Below the pieces are notes generated by a model. That model ran no database searches, had not been told where the DNA came from, and saw only the letters and a program-made list of their open reading frames with translations. Positions 48,864 to 58,454 of a stretch of DNA of 64,000 nt are shown piece by piece (within the stretch, counting starts at the first letter, position 1; each line of letters starts with the position of its first letter). Both the position numbers and the translations under genes were made by a program. The DNA is taken from assembly GCA_041697335.1 (NCBI GenBank), contig JBGUGD010000039.1, positions 128,001 to 192,000 on the forward strand, in the 5' to 3' direction. This DNA comes from Vampirovibrionaceae bacterium NZW_1234. GTDB lineage: Bacteria; Cyanobacteriota; Vampirovibrionia; Vampirovibrionales; JAGQHJ01.

Positions 48864-50173
48864 TGGCATTTCAACTGGTCCAGCTCATCGGCACCCCCCC
48901 GCCCGAACTGGTCGAGGTGTTACGACAGGAGCTTAACCAGGAATCCCTGGTGCAATCCATTGAAACCCCCACCATTATGGAAGCCCAAAGCATCCTGCCC
49001 AAAGTGCTGCCGGATTTGGTGGTGTTTTTTATTGATTCGCTGGAAGAAAACGTCAGCCAGTTTTGTCAGGAAATCCGGGCCCAGATTACCGAACACCGGC
49101 CTATTATCGTTATCTCCTCATCCCAAGCCAACAAGGACCAACGCATCGAGTTCTTCCTGAGTGGGGCCGACGATTACCTGACCACCGACATTGAACCGGA
49201 AGAATTTGCGGTGCGTCTCTTGGTGCACCTGCGCCGCAACGTGGAGCTTCTCTCCAACAGCCAGACCCGCCTGCCCGGTCTGCCCCTGTTTGCACGCCTC
49301 ATCCAGCGTAAGATCAACCTGGATTTACCGTGGGCCTTGATTCTGATTGAATTGAACAATTTTGGCGTCTACACCGAAGTGTATGGACGTATTCCCAGCG
49401 AACAGATTTTGAAAACCCTGGCTGCATTGCTTAAACAGCTCATTCTTCCTCCCGATATCGTTGGCCAGATTGACACCGAAAACTTCCTGGTACTGACCAC
49501 CCCGGAAAAAGCCGAGCGCATCGCCGAGTTGATGTGCAAGCAGTTTGATGACGTCGTCATCAACTTTTATTCGGAAAAAGACCAGAAACGGGGCTATATT
49601 ATTTCCGTGGTCAACGAGTCCATCAGCCAGCGCGTGCCCTTTGTCTGCCTGAGCATGGGCATTGTGACCAGCGAGAACAAGCTGTTCCGAAACTACATGT
49701 CCGTCTTCAGCAGCTCGGTAGAGATGAAAAACATTGCCAAGGGCAACTACGGCAGCAACTGGGTCAGCGAGCGCCTGAAACTAACGGGCAGCATAACCGC
49801 CGATGCCGACCGTCTGAAGAAGATTTTGATTGTAGAAGAAGATGCCGCCCTGGCCTTTTTGCTGAAAAGCACCCTGGAAATGCAAGGCTACCACGTCGAA
49901 ACCTGCATCAATCACAGCGAAGCCAAATCGTCGCTGGAAAAAGAGCGCGCCGATATGCTGCTCTTCGACCCGGCGATTCCCGGGCTCTTCAAGGGCTGGG
50001 ACCTGTGCCAATGGATTCGCCAGACCGAAGGCCTGAAGCTGATGCACATCATCTGTATGTCCAGTATCCACGACCGGGAGCAGGCGTTGAACGCCGGGGC
50101 CGACCTCTACTTGCCCAAACCCTTTGAGCTGTCCTCCCTGTTTACCTGGGTCGATCGCTTCCTGAAACGTTAA
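48863..50173 (+). CDS. Response regulator: REC, degenerate GGDEF, REC
   Basis: GADDYL; TRLPG..NNFGVYTEVYG..GQIDTENF; C-terminal REC with LLFD and GADLYLPKPF. TAATG-coupled to the kinase. Confidence 0.85.
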   Translation: MAFQLVQLIGTPPPELVEVLRQELNQESLVQSIETPTIMEAQSILPKVLPDLVVFFIDSLEENVSQFCQEIRAQITEHRPIIVISSSQANKDQRIEFFLSGADDYLTTDIEPEEFAVRLLVHLRRNVELLSNSQTRLPGLPLFARLIQRKINLDLPWALILIELNNFGVYTEVYGRIPSEQILKTLAALLKQLILPPDIVGQIDTENFLVLTTPEKAERIAELMCKQFDDVVINFYSEKDQKRGYIISVVNESISQRVPFVCLSMGIVTSENKLFRNYMSVFSSSVEMKNIAKGNYGSNWVSERLKLTGSITADADRLKKILIVEEDAALAFLLKSTLEMQGYHVETCINHSEAKSSLEKERADMLLFDPAIPGLFKGWDLCQWIRQTEGLKLMHIICMSSIHDREQALNAGADLYLPKPFELSSLFTWVDRFLKR

Positions 50174-50364
50174 TGGGGCTGACTCCTCCGGAAACCGTGC
50201 GACCAATGCACCTGCGAAAGACTCTCAACCAAATAGGGGAGATTTTTGCCCATCTCTTTAGTCATCCAGGTGGTGGCCGATACCGTGGGTGGCCCGCGAG
50301 GTCTGATTTTTTGCATGCACGTATTGACCGCGCCCATTCCTGAAGGAATAAACCGGATGCCTCC

Positions 50365-51258
50365 ATGGAACCTATGAATGTGAACAAAGGCTATGAGATT
50401 AGCCTGAAACGTGTGTTGGATTTACCCTCGCTGCCTGACGTCGTCAACAGTATTATTGAGATTGTCGGCGATGACGCTACACCGGCATCGGAAATTGCCA
50501 AGCTCATCAGCTATGACCCCGGCTTGACCTCCAAATGCCTTCGCATGGTTAATTCTGCGGCCTACGGCTTTCAGCGGCAAATCAGCTCGGTGCAGCATGC
50601 CATTATGATCCTGGGCTTCAATACCGTGCGGGGGGTGGTTCTGAGCGCCAGCATCTACAAAATGTTCTCGGATAAAAAAGGGCAAAAAGGCATCGATCCC
50701 ATCCAGTTCTGGCGCCATTCCTTCGGTACCGCCATTGCCAGCCGGGTGCTGGCCAATAAATTCCGCATCCGTTATGCCGAAGACGCCTTCAGTGCGGGCA
50801 TGCTTCACGACATCGGCAAGATGATCCTGGACTATTACTTTGCCATGGAGTATCAGGACGTGCTGACCACGGCCCGGTCCAACCGAATCCCCTTCAGCGG
50901 ACGCCTTTTCGTGGCCCTGGAACACAAGATTCTTAAAACCGATCACACGCATCTGGGCTACCAGATTGCCCAGCGCTGGAAACTGCCGGTGACCTTCAAC
51001 GAAGTCATTCGCTGGCATCATCATCCTGAGCGGGCAACCGATGCGCCGGAGCTGGTGTATGTGGTGGCCCTGGCCAATGCCTTTAGCCATATTCTTCAGC
51101 ACAACCACGGGGTTTTCTCTGATGCCTACCTGACCCCGGCTCTGAGAGAGTATTTTCAATACGACCCTGAAGACCCGGAGCCCTTTATTGCACTGTTTAA
51201 AGAAGTGGCCGCCGAAATGGAATCCCTGGACGATCTGTTGATCTCCCTCAAGCACTAA
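50365..51258 (+). CDS. HDOD-domain protein
   Basis: LPSLP, DPGLTSKCLRMVNSA, FWRHS, GMLHDIGK and WKLP..IRWHH motifs. Confidence 0.93.
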   Translation: MEPMNVNKGYEISLKRVLDLPSLPDVVNSIIEIVGDDATPASEIAKLISYDPGLTSKCLRMVNSAAYGFQRQISSVQHAIMILGFNTVRGVVLSASIYKMFSDKKGQKGIDPIQFWRHSFGTAIASRVLANKFRIRYAEDAFSAGMLHDIGKMILDYYFAMEYQDVLTTARSNRIPFSGRLFVALEHKILKTDHTHLGYQIAQRWKLPVTFNEVIRWHHHPERATDAPELVYVVALANAFSHILQHNHGVFSDAYLTPALREYFQYDPEDPEPFIALFKEVAAEMESLDDLLISLKH

Positions 51259-51479
51259 CCCCCCTTTTCCCTCGATTTTCCAAACCAGACGTCACATGCA
51301 CATGCCCCTCCTGTCCGGCTTGACTTGATGGGAGCGCCAAAGGACATCCACTATGAACAACTATGAACGCGAGGTCCGAGGCTTAAATGCTTTCAGGATA
51401 AGGGATTAATATTTTCTTTCTTTTTGTCCGGGCAATTCTAAAGATTTTTCCGTTTTTTTAATAATACAGGCGAGCGTTA

Positions 51480-51916
51480 AACAAAACGCCCTTGGGAGAG
51501 AGAAAATCGCATAGTAAAAGGAGAAATCAATCCCTTAAACGGTATTGTGCACTGTTTGTTGGTAATAAGGAGGATCAGAGAGCAACAATTCTTTTGATGT
51601 GTTTTAGGAACGAGTCAACGTTAAAGGATTCAAAGGAGGTTACTAGCCGTTTAAATCAAGCTTTTTGTACAAACAAGATGTTTTATTCAAATGGTTAAGT
51701 AGAAAAACAAGGAGGTCTTCATCGGGAGAAAACCAATACCGTGTTTATGATGAACTTTTAGGACGTACACTTTAGGATAAGTAAGGAGGCAAAGCCTAGA
51801 TCAGATAGCGTTATTAGTTTCGTGAATTGATCTTGAATTTTAGACGATTGCCACGATGGCAAACGCAATATGCGTCAATGACACCCGACTTCAACTGGAG
51901 TCGGGTGTTCGTCATT
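51480..51916 (+). ncRNA. Candidate GGA/AAGGAGG-repeat sRNA (CsrB/RsmZ-like); boundaries approximate
   Basis: No convincing ORF. 12 GGA vs 1 TCC in 51480-51800, four AAGGAGG without a following start codon, and a terminal hairpin. Confidence 0.45.
51877..51916. terminator. Hairpin between the GGA-rich region and the convergent fliI
   Basis: ACACCCGACTTC-AACT-GGAGTCGGGTGT stem. Confidence 0.7.
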
Positions 51917-51935
51917 AAAGGAATAACCCTGCTTT

Positions 51936-53261
51936 TTAACCAGGCACCTGCTGCGCCAGTTGCGCCAAGCCCTTGACCGTCTCATCAAAGCCCACCGCTT
52001 CATCAACCTGCTGCTTCAAAAAGGCGTCAATTTTGTCTTTAAGCTGAATGGACAGATCGATCTTCGGGTTGGTGCCCCGGACATAGGCACCAATATTGAT
52101 AATGTCCTCGGATTTCCGGTAGGTGGCCATCAGATCTCGGATTTTTCCGGCCGCAGCACGGTGCTCAGGAGCCGTAATGCCAATCATTAATCGGCTGATA
52201 GATCCGAGGACATCCACCGCCGGGAAATGGTTTTGATGGGCCAAATCCCGGGACAGAATGACGTGGCCATCCAAAATCCCGCGAACCGTATCGGAAATGG
52301 GTTCGTTGAAGTCGTCCCCTTCAACCAAGACCGTATATAAGCCCGTAATTGAGCCTTCATCGCTGGTCCCGGCCCGCTCAAGAAGTTTCGGCATAAAGGC
52401 AAAAACACTGGGAGTGTAGCCTCGGCTGGTCGGCGGTTCGCCCACGGACAAACCCACTTCCCGTAAGGCCATCGCCACCCGAGTGAGCGAATCGAGCATC
52501 AGAATGACATTTTTACCTTGGGCCCGGTAGTATTCGGCAATCGTTGTGGCCGTCAAGGCGGCCTTAATTTTCATCAGGGCGGGTTGTTCAGACGTAGAGA
52601 CAACCACCACGGCACGCTTCATCCCTTCGGTTCCCAGGGCCTCTTCAATAAACTCCTTGACCTCCCGGCCCCGCTCACCAACCAGGGCAATGACGGTCAG
52701 ATCCGCCTCGGTATTGCGGGTAATCATCCCAAGCAACGTCGATTTTCCGACCCCGGAGCCTGCAAATATCCCAACCCGCTGGCCCTTTCCGACTGTTGTA
52801 AACCCGTCCAGACTCCGGACCCCCAAGGGCAAGGGCTCGGATATTGAGCGACGGTGCAGAGGCGATGGCGCTTCGGTGGCCACCGGCAAGGCATCATCAC
52901 AGCACAGCTCTCCTCGGTTGTCGATGGGACGCCCCAGGCCATCCAGAACACGCCCCAAGAGGTTTTGACCCACCGGCACTTCCAGGGCCCGATTGGTGTT
53001 CACCACCCGATTACCGGGAGCCAGGGCAATCATCTCGCCCAAGGGCATCATCATCAGCCGGCCGGCTTTGAATCCCACCACCTCGGCTGCCAAGGGAGGC
53101 ACGCCCGGCTGGTCGGAATGAATGTAGCACAGATCGCCCATCTTGGCCCGAGGGCCTTTGGTTTCGATGACCAAGCCCACAATCTGCTCGACATAACCCA
53201 CTTCCGGGTAGGGGGATTGCTGCTTAATCGCCTGCTCAAATGTCGATAAATCCAGCGTCAC
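51936..53261 (-). CDS. fliI: Flagellar export ATPase
   Basis: GIFAGSGVGKS, GERGREV, DSLTR, GEPP..RGY and ILDGH motifs. Confidence 0.96.
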   Translation of the reverse strand: MTLDLSTFEQAIKQQSPYPEVGYVEQIVGLVIETKGPRAKMGDLCYIHSDQPGVPPLAAEVVGFKAGRLMMMPLGEMIALAPGNRVVNTNRALEVPVGQNLLGRVLDGLGRPIDNRGELCCDDALPVATEAPSPLHRRSISEPLPLGVRSLDGFTTVGKGQRVGIFAGSGVGKSTLLGMITRNTEADLTVIALVGERGREVKEFIEEALGTEGMKRAVVVVSTSEQPALMKIKAALTATTIAEYYRAQGKNVILMLDSLTRVAMALREVGLSVGEPPTSRGYTPSVFAFMPKLLERAGTSDEGSITGLYTVLVEGDDFNEPISDTVRGILDGHVILSRDLAHQNHFPAVDVLGSISRLMIGITAPEHRAAAGKIRDLMATYRKSEDIINIGAYVRGTNPKIDLSIQLKDKIDAFLKQQVDEAVGFDETVKGLAQLAQQVPG

Positions 53262-54151
53262 GAAAGGGCCTCGTCACTCTCCTGAACCATCAGGGGCTCT
53301 TGTTCTGAGATCTCTTCTGCAGGCCCGTTTTGAATAAAGCTCACCATGGCCTCCCGATCGGCGTCGGCCTCGGCTTTAAGCACGGCCTCCACCGACGCCA
53401 TATAGGCTTCGGCTTGGCTTTCCGGAGAAATGGCATACATCGCCTCGGTTCCGAACAAGTACATATCATACCCCGTACACGTGGGGTCCGGTTGAATGAT
53501 AACCCTTCGATTGGCCGAAAGCTGGGCTATCGCCTCGGCACAGTGTTCTTGTAAAAGTTGAAACACATCATAGCTGACGGCAATCTTGGCTTCCCCAGTT
53601 ACCTGAAGCTGACGCACCGCCCGTTCCAGGAGATTAAGCACCTGGTCAGGCGTGGTTTTTAGCTCTTCCCCCAAAATGGTCTGAACCAGATACCGAATGA
53701 GATTTGCCAGTTGAAAGCGATGTTTGAAGATAACGGATTGCTGGGCTTCCAGCGCCCGCTCAAAAACCTGCTCGGCCACATACACGTGGGCTGCCATTTC
53801 CTCACGCATCTGGGCAATCCCTTGGGACAACCCGGCACGAAAACCTTCTTCCTGAGCTTGCTGTAAGATGGCATCACGCTGTTGCTGCCCTTCTTCCACA
53901 ACAATACGTTGCGCCCGCTCTTCGGCCGCAGCTAAGATCTGTTGGGCCTGTTGCTGAGCTTCTTCAATCATTTGTTGCGCCTGGGCTTGGGCCTGAGTCA
54001 GGAGCTGCTTGGCCTGAATTTCCTGCTGCAAGGGCTTATGGTGAGCCACCAGATAATCATGGTCCAGGACAACCTCGTTGCCCACATCAACTTGTTTATA
54101 CGTATTGGAGCGAAGCACTTTACTCAATGAAGTCTTCCTCTTCCGTGCCAC
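53258..54151 (-). CDS. fliH: Flagellar assembly protein FliH
   Basis: AQEEGFRAGLSQG GxxxG repeats; lies between fliG and fliI. GTG start is approximate. Confidence 0.85.
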   Translation of the reverse strand: MARKRKTSLSKVLRSNTYKQVDVGNEVVLDHDYLVAHHKPLQQEIQAKQLLTQAQAQAQQMIEEAQQQAQQILAAAEERAQRIVVEEGQQQRDAILQQAQEEGFRAGLSQGIAQMREEMAAHVYVAEQVFERALEAQQSVIFKHRFQLANLIRYLVQTILGEELKTTPDQVLNLLERAVRQLQVTGEAKIAVSYDVFQLLQEHCAEAIAQLSANRRVIIQPDPTCTGYDMYLFGTEAMYAISPESQAEAYMASVEAVLKAEADADREAMVSFIQNGPAEEISEQEPLMVQESDEALS

Positions 54152-55142
54152 GTGCCACCATAATTTCACCCGCAGCCTCCAGAGCCCGGATGACGCCTAC
54201 AATGTAGGTCTGTTTTTCCTGAACATCGCGAGAGCGAACCGGTCCCATGTAATCCATGTCCTCTTGCAGCATGGCAGCCGCCCGCTCGGACATATTGCGG
54301 AAAATCTTGTCTTTGACGGCTTCAATGGAGCCTTTGAGGGCCAAGGCCAGATCCTTGGTTTCCACTTCACGAAGCACCCGCTGAATGGCCCGATCGTCGA
54401 GGTGAATAATGTCCTCAAAGACGAACATCAGCTCACGGACCCGCAGTGCGCTATCCGGATCGCGCATTTCCATTTCGTCCAGAATGTGTTTTTCCGTGGT
54501 GCGGTCGCTGCGGTTCAGAATCTCGGCCAGCGCTTCCACCCCACCGGATTTGGTAAAGTCCGTGCTCACCACCGAGGAGAACTTGTTTTCCAAAATCCGC
54601 TCCACTTCGCGCAAGACTTCCGGGTTGGTGCGATCCATGGTGGCAATGCGTCCGGCCACTTCAATCTGCATTTCCGGTGCCAGGCCACTCAAAATCGCAG
54701 CCGCATTTTCAGGCCGCAAGTATGCCAAAACCAGGGCAACCATCTGCGGGTTTTCATTCTGAAACGATGCGGACAACTGGGCGGGATCGGCGTTGTTGAA
54801 AAAGTCAAACGGATTGGTTTTCAGCGAGGACACCAGACGATCCAAAATCCCATCGGCCCGACTGGAACCATAGGCACTTTCCAACAAGGTCCGGGCATAG
54901 GCCACCCCACCACTGGCCAGGTAATCGCTGGCCTGGAACACGGTGTAAAATTCTTCCAAAATCTGAACCAACAAGTCCTGATCCAATTTGCGCATGGTGG
55001 CAATTTCCAGGGCAATGTGTTCCACCTCGCCCTCGTCCTTGATGTTCTTTAATACCTCGGTGGCCGTATCCGGCCCGAGGGCAATCAAGAGCGCAGCGAC
55101 TTTTTGCGCATTGGTCATATTGTGAATGCTAACAGCAGGCAT
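54120..55142 (-). CDS. fliG: Flagellar motor switch protein FliG
   Basis: QKVAALLIALG, GGVAYA, ENPQ and MFVFED motifs. Confidence 0.97.
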   Translation of the reverse strand: MPAVSIHNMTNAQKVAALLIALGPDTATEVLKNIKDEGEVEHIALEIATMRKLDQDLLVQILEEFYTVFQASDYLASGGVAYARTLLESAYGSSRADGILDRLVSSLKTNPFDFFNNADPAQLSASFQNENPQMVALVLAYLRPENAAAILSGLAPEMQIEVAGRIATMDRTNPEVLREVERILENKFSSVVSTDFTKSGGVEALAEILNRSDRTTEKHILDEMEMRDPDSALRVRELMFVFEDIIHLDDRAIQRVLREVETKDLALALKGSIEAVKDKIFRNMSERAAAMLQEDMDYMGPVRSRDVQEKQTYIVGVIRALEAAGEIMVARGTEEEDFIE

Positions 55143-55213
55143 CGTTGACTCTCTCCAACAAACAGGTTAATCGCTCAATTCAGTAGTGTGTGTATCGACC
55201 GGATTGGGAATTT

Positions 55214-56809
55214 CTACATATCTTTCATGTACGCCACCAGGACACGAGCCGCTTCTGAGGGGTCTTTGGTGACCAGGTTGTGAAGCGATTCGCGCATCAC
55301 CTCAATCTCCGGATCAAGCTTGGCTTCCAGGGCCGGCAGCTGGACCGAAGACAAGAGGGGTTGGGACTCTTCCGGCAAGACCGCATAATCCACCTCTTCC
55401 ACCAATTCGCCTTCCACCGGGCGCTGGATCAGCTTGTAGAGGATAAACAGGGCCAGAATGCCGAGCACAAAGATACCGGCCATCTGTACCAGACTCAGAA
55501 TCAGATCCTGCTGGCTGGTTTGCTTCAAGATATCCAGAGACTGTTTTTGCTGCTCCTGGTTTTCCGGCGAGAACTGCAAACCACTGACGGTGATGGTATC
55601 CCCGCGACCCAGATCGGCGCCACTGGCAGAGGCCACCAACTGGGTCAATTCTTTGGTCTGACTTTCCGTCAGCACTTTATTCACAACCACGGCAATGGTC
55701 ATCCGCTCCACGGTCCCCGGGGCATGAACAATGGTTTTTTCTTCACTGGAAATTTCGTAGTTCGTGGTAGTGTTGATATTTTCGTAATTGGAATTTTTAC
55801 CCTCTGCACCGGTGTTTTGGGCGGCATAGGTGGGGACATTGGATGCCGTTCCGGGCTGTCCGGAATCAGATTTTGGCCCTTGGCCGTCTTTACCCTGGCC
55901 GGTGTAAGCTTCACTATTGCGCTGCACACTTACCGGAATGCCGGTGGGATTTTCAGGCGTACCCCCCGAGGGGATAAAGCGTTTAATGCGAGACTGGGTT
56001 TGATCAAAATTCATCACCGCACTGACCTTGACAACCGCATTGTGAGGCCCGACCACTGCGGTCAGCATTTCCAAGATGTCTTTGGATTTCTGCTTTTCAA
56101 GACGAGTCCGGGCATTGTCGCCATTTTCATCGGTATCACTCTGGGCCATCGCCATGTGATCGTTCAACTCATTGCCCATGGAGTCGGACAAGGCAACATT
56201 TTCCGGTTTTAATCCCGGAACCGAATGGGCCACCAGGTTTCGAATGGTCCCCACCTGCTCCGGTTTCAGCCGAAAACCCGGCTCCACAATCAACATCACA
56301 GAGGCTTTTGGATCCACTTTTTCAGTGGCAAACAGCGAATCCTGGGCTTGAGCCAGAATGACACGGGCCTTTTTGATCCCACGTATTTTTTCCAGGGTAC
56401 TGACCACTTCGTCGCTAATGATTTTTTGATCGTATTTTTGTTGTTGCCAGTCCGTCATCCCAAAGGGCAGGGATTTTAGCGCCCCATAGCCCACGGTGCG
56501 ATCACTTTTAACCAAATCTTCTTTAAACACGTTTAAGCGCATTTCTTCTTTACGGCTGCGAGGCACCAGAATGGTGGTTCCATTTTCAGCCAAGCGATAG
56601 GCTACGCCCTGTTGTTTAAGGTTATGCACAATGGCGGCGGCATCGGCTTCATCCAAACCGGACAGCATGACATCAAAATCTTCCTGCGAATGGTTATAGA
56701 AAAAGGTGACCATCAATATGGCCGCAACCGTCAAGGTTCCCAGCAAAATTTTCTGGTTAAAGCTGAGATTCCCAAACACCGCCAAAAACTTTTTAAGTTG
56801 TTCCATCAT
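55214..56809 (-). CDS. fliF: Flagellar MS-ring protein FliF
   Basis: Two TM helices; FGMTD, ARVILA, ASVML, HSVPGL and ERMTIAVVVN motifs. Confidence 0.93.
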   Translation of the reverse strand: MMEQLKKFLAVFGNLSFNQKILLGTLTVAAILMVTFFYNHSQEDFDVMLSGLDEADAAAIVHNLKQQGVAYRLAENGTTILVPRSRKEEMRLNVFKEDLVKSDRTVGYGALKSLPFGMTDWQQQKYDQKIISDEVVSTLEKIRGIKKARVILAQAQDSLFATEKVDPKASVMLIVEPGFRLKPEQVGTIRNLVAHSVPGLKPENVALSDSMGNELNDHMAMAQSDTDENGDNARTRLEKQKSKDILEMLTAVVGPHNAVVKVSAVMNFDQTQSRIKRFIPSGGTPENPTGIPVSVQRNSEAYTGQGKDGQGPKSDSGQPGTASNVPTYAAQNTGAEGKNSNYENINTTTNYEISSEEKTIVHAPGTVERMTIAVVVNKVLTESQTKELTQLVASASGADLGRGDTITVSGLQFSPENQEQQKQSLDILKQTSQQDLILSLVQMAGIFVLGILALFILYKLIQRPVEGELVEEVDYAVLPEESQPLLSSVQLPALEAKLDPEIEVMRESLHNLVTKDPSEAARVLVAYMKDM

Positions 56810-56869
56810 GCGCTCAATTCCATGTCGTTGTTAAAACCTTCTCGATAACCCATTCACGAATCATCCCCG

Positions 56870-57199
56870 CTAAATCGCCATGTGACTGATTTCCTGGTAC
56901 GCGGTCAGCAATTTGTTGCGAATCTGCATGGTCATTTCCATAGACAGCTCGGCACGTTCCGTGGCAATCATTACATGGTGCAGCTGGACATCGCCTCCGG
57001 TAGCATAGCTTTGTTTTAATTGCTCGGCGCTGTTTTGTAACTGGTTGACGCTGCCCAGACTGTCTTTCAACAATTGGCCAAAATCCGCCAGCGATTCTCC
57101 CGGAGTCTGGCCATCGGATTTAGAAGCAGTCGAAGATTGCATCAGTTGATGCTGAATTTGTAATCCACCGACTTTGGTAATATCAGCTGAATGCACCAC
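56870..57199 (-). CDS. fliE: Flagellar hook-basal body protein FliE
   Basis: LHHVMIA...QIRNKLLTAYQEISHM. Confidence 0.93.
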   Translation of the reverse strand: MVHSADITKVGGLQIQHQLMQSSTASKSDGQTPGESLADFGQLLKDSLGSVNQLQNSAEQLKQSYATGGDVQLHHVMIATERAELSMEMTMQIRNKLLTAYQEISHMAI

Positions 57200-57217
57200 T
57201 CACTCTCCTTCTCATCG

Positions 57218-57748
57218 TTAAATTTCCATGGCCGCTTTGCCCATTGAGCGAGCCGCTTGAATGGAATTGACGTTAGCTTCATAGGCCCGTGTGGCTGAGA
57301 TCATATCGACCATCTCGGTCACGGGGTTGATATTGGGAAACTCGACATAGCCGTCTTTATTGGCATCCGGGTGTGAAGGATCGTAGACAAGACGCATGGG
57401 GGTCTTCTCATCTTCCACGATCTGGGTCACCTGAACCCCTGAAAATCCGGGCATATCCGTCCGAGTCAAGGAGGCCTTCAAGACCGGTGACCCGTTTTCC
57501 ATACTCATTTGTCGCGCCCCATCCACCGTCATTAAACTGGATTGACGCAGTGGCAACGAACTTGCAGTACTTGCACCCTGCATCCGATTATCCAGAATGG
57601 GAGCGAAAACCACATTATGTTTCCGATAAGCACCCAAGGAGCCATCGGCTTTGCGCGTGGTATTCATATTGGCCAGGTTACTGGCAATGGTATCCAGCCG
57701 CAGTCGATGGGCCGTCAAGGCTGATGCACTGATATCATAGGCGTCCAT
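57218..57748 (-). CDS. flgC: Flagellar rod protein FlgC
   Basis: ISASAL..NLAN, YDPSHPDA..GYV..PNIN and RAYEAN motifs. Confidence 0.96.
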   Translation of the reverse strand: MDAYDISASALTAHRLRLDTIASNLANMNTTRKADGSLGAYRKHNVVFAPILDNRMQGASTASSLPLRQSSLMTVDGARQMSMENGSPVLKASLTRTDMPGFSGVQVTQIVEDEKTPMRLVYDPSHPDANKDGYVEFPNINPVTEMVDMISATRAYEANVNSIQAARSMGKAAMEI

Positions 57749-57751
57749 GGA

Positions 57752-58195
57752 TTACTGACCTCCCTTGATGATGCCACGCAACGCGGCAAATTCCTTGCTT
57801 TCCAAGCGGGCCAAAACCTGGTATTTTCCACTGTTTCGGGTCAGCTTGGCCATTTGCGATTCGACATCCACCCCGTTGTTATCCATGCGAAACTGAAACT
57901 GACTGCGCTCCACCTGAGCCCGGGCCTCATCCAGATTCCCCGGGATGGGGTTGGGATTGTAATGCTTTTGACTGGTCACTTTTAACGACCCAGGCGGCAA
58001 AAACCGACTTGCTTGCTGCCCGTGATTTTCGGCCTGAATAGCCTGCTTGAGGTTCTCCTCAAACAGAACCTCACGGGCTTGATATCCGGGCGTTTCCGCA
58101 TTGGCCAGATTACTGGCAATGGCTGTATGACGAGCATACAACCCATCCATGGCCTTGGCTAAAACACGCGATGTTTGTGATGTGAGAAAATCCAT
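57752..58195 (-). CDS. flgB: Flagellar rod protein FlgB
   Basis: IASNLANAETPGY and DNNGVD motifs. Confidence 0.94.
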   Translation of the reverse strand: MDFLTSQTSRVLAKAMDGLYARHTAIASNLANAETPGYQAREVLFEENLKQAIQAENHGQQASRFLPPGSLKVTSQKHYNPNPIPGNLDEARAQVERSQFQFRMDNNGVDVESQMAKLTRNSGKYQVLARLESKEFAALRGIIKGGQ

Positions 58196-58454
58196 AATTA
58201 TCCACTTTACCCACGAAGACTCTCTCTCTATATTTCACTTTACGTGACAGCCCGTCGGCTTACCTCATCTGAGAACAGGAACTTAAAGACATCCCCTCCA
58301 CCATTCAGAGGAGTACTGCCATGGCAAATCGCCAAGGGCATTGAAAAAAAAGCTTATTGGGCTTCAGTGGAGATTTTTAATATCAAATAAGCGAATTTGG
58401 GGCCCTCGCGATGTCGGCCAGTCCTGCAAGAAAAACCCCCAATATCCTTGGGGC

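Noticed and set aside
51492..51698. 68-aa ORF in the first GGA-rich region (and 62344..62550 in the second)
   Set aside because: TTG starts without a suitably placed SD and no protein-like features; treated as spurious.
11901..58330. CATGGCAAATC shared upstream of the 11853 gene and flgB; possible sigma-54 site
   Set aside because: GG-GC spacing does not fit -24/-12, and a shared 11-mer among intergenic regions is expected by chance.
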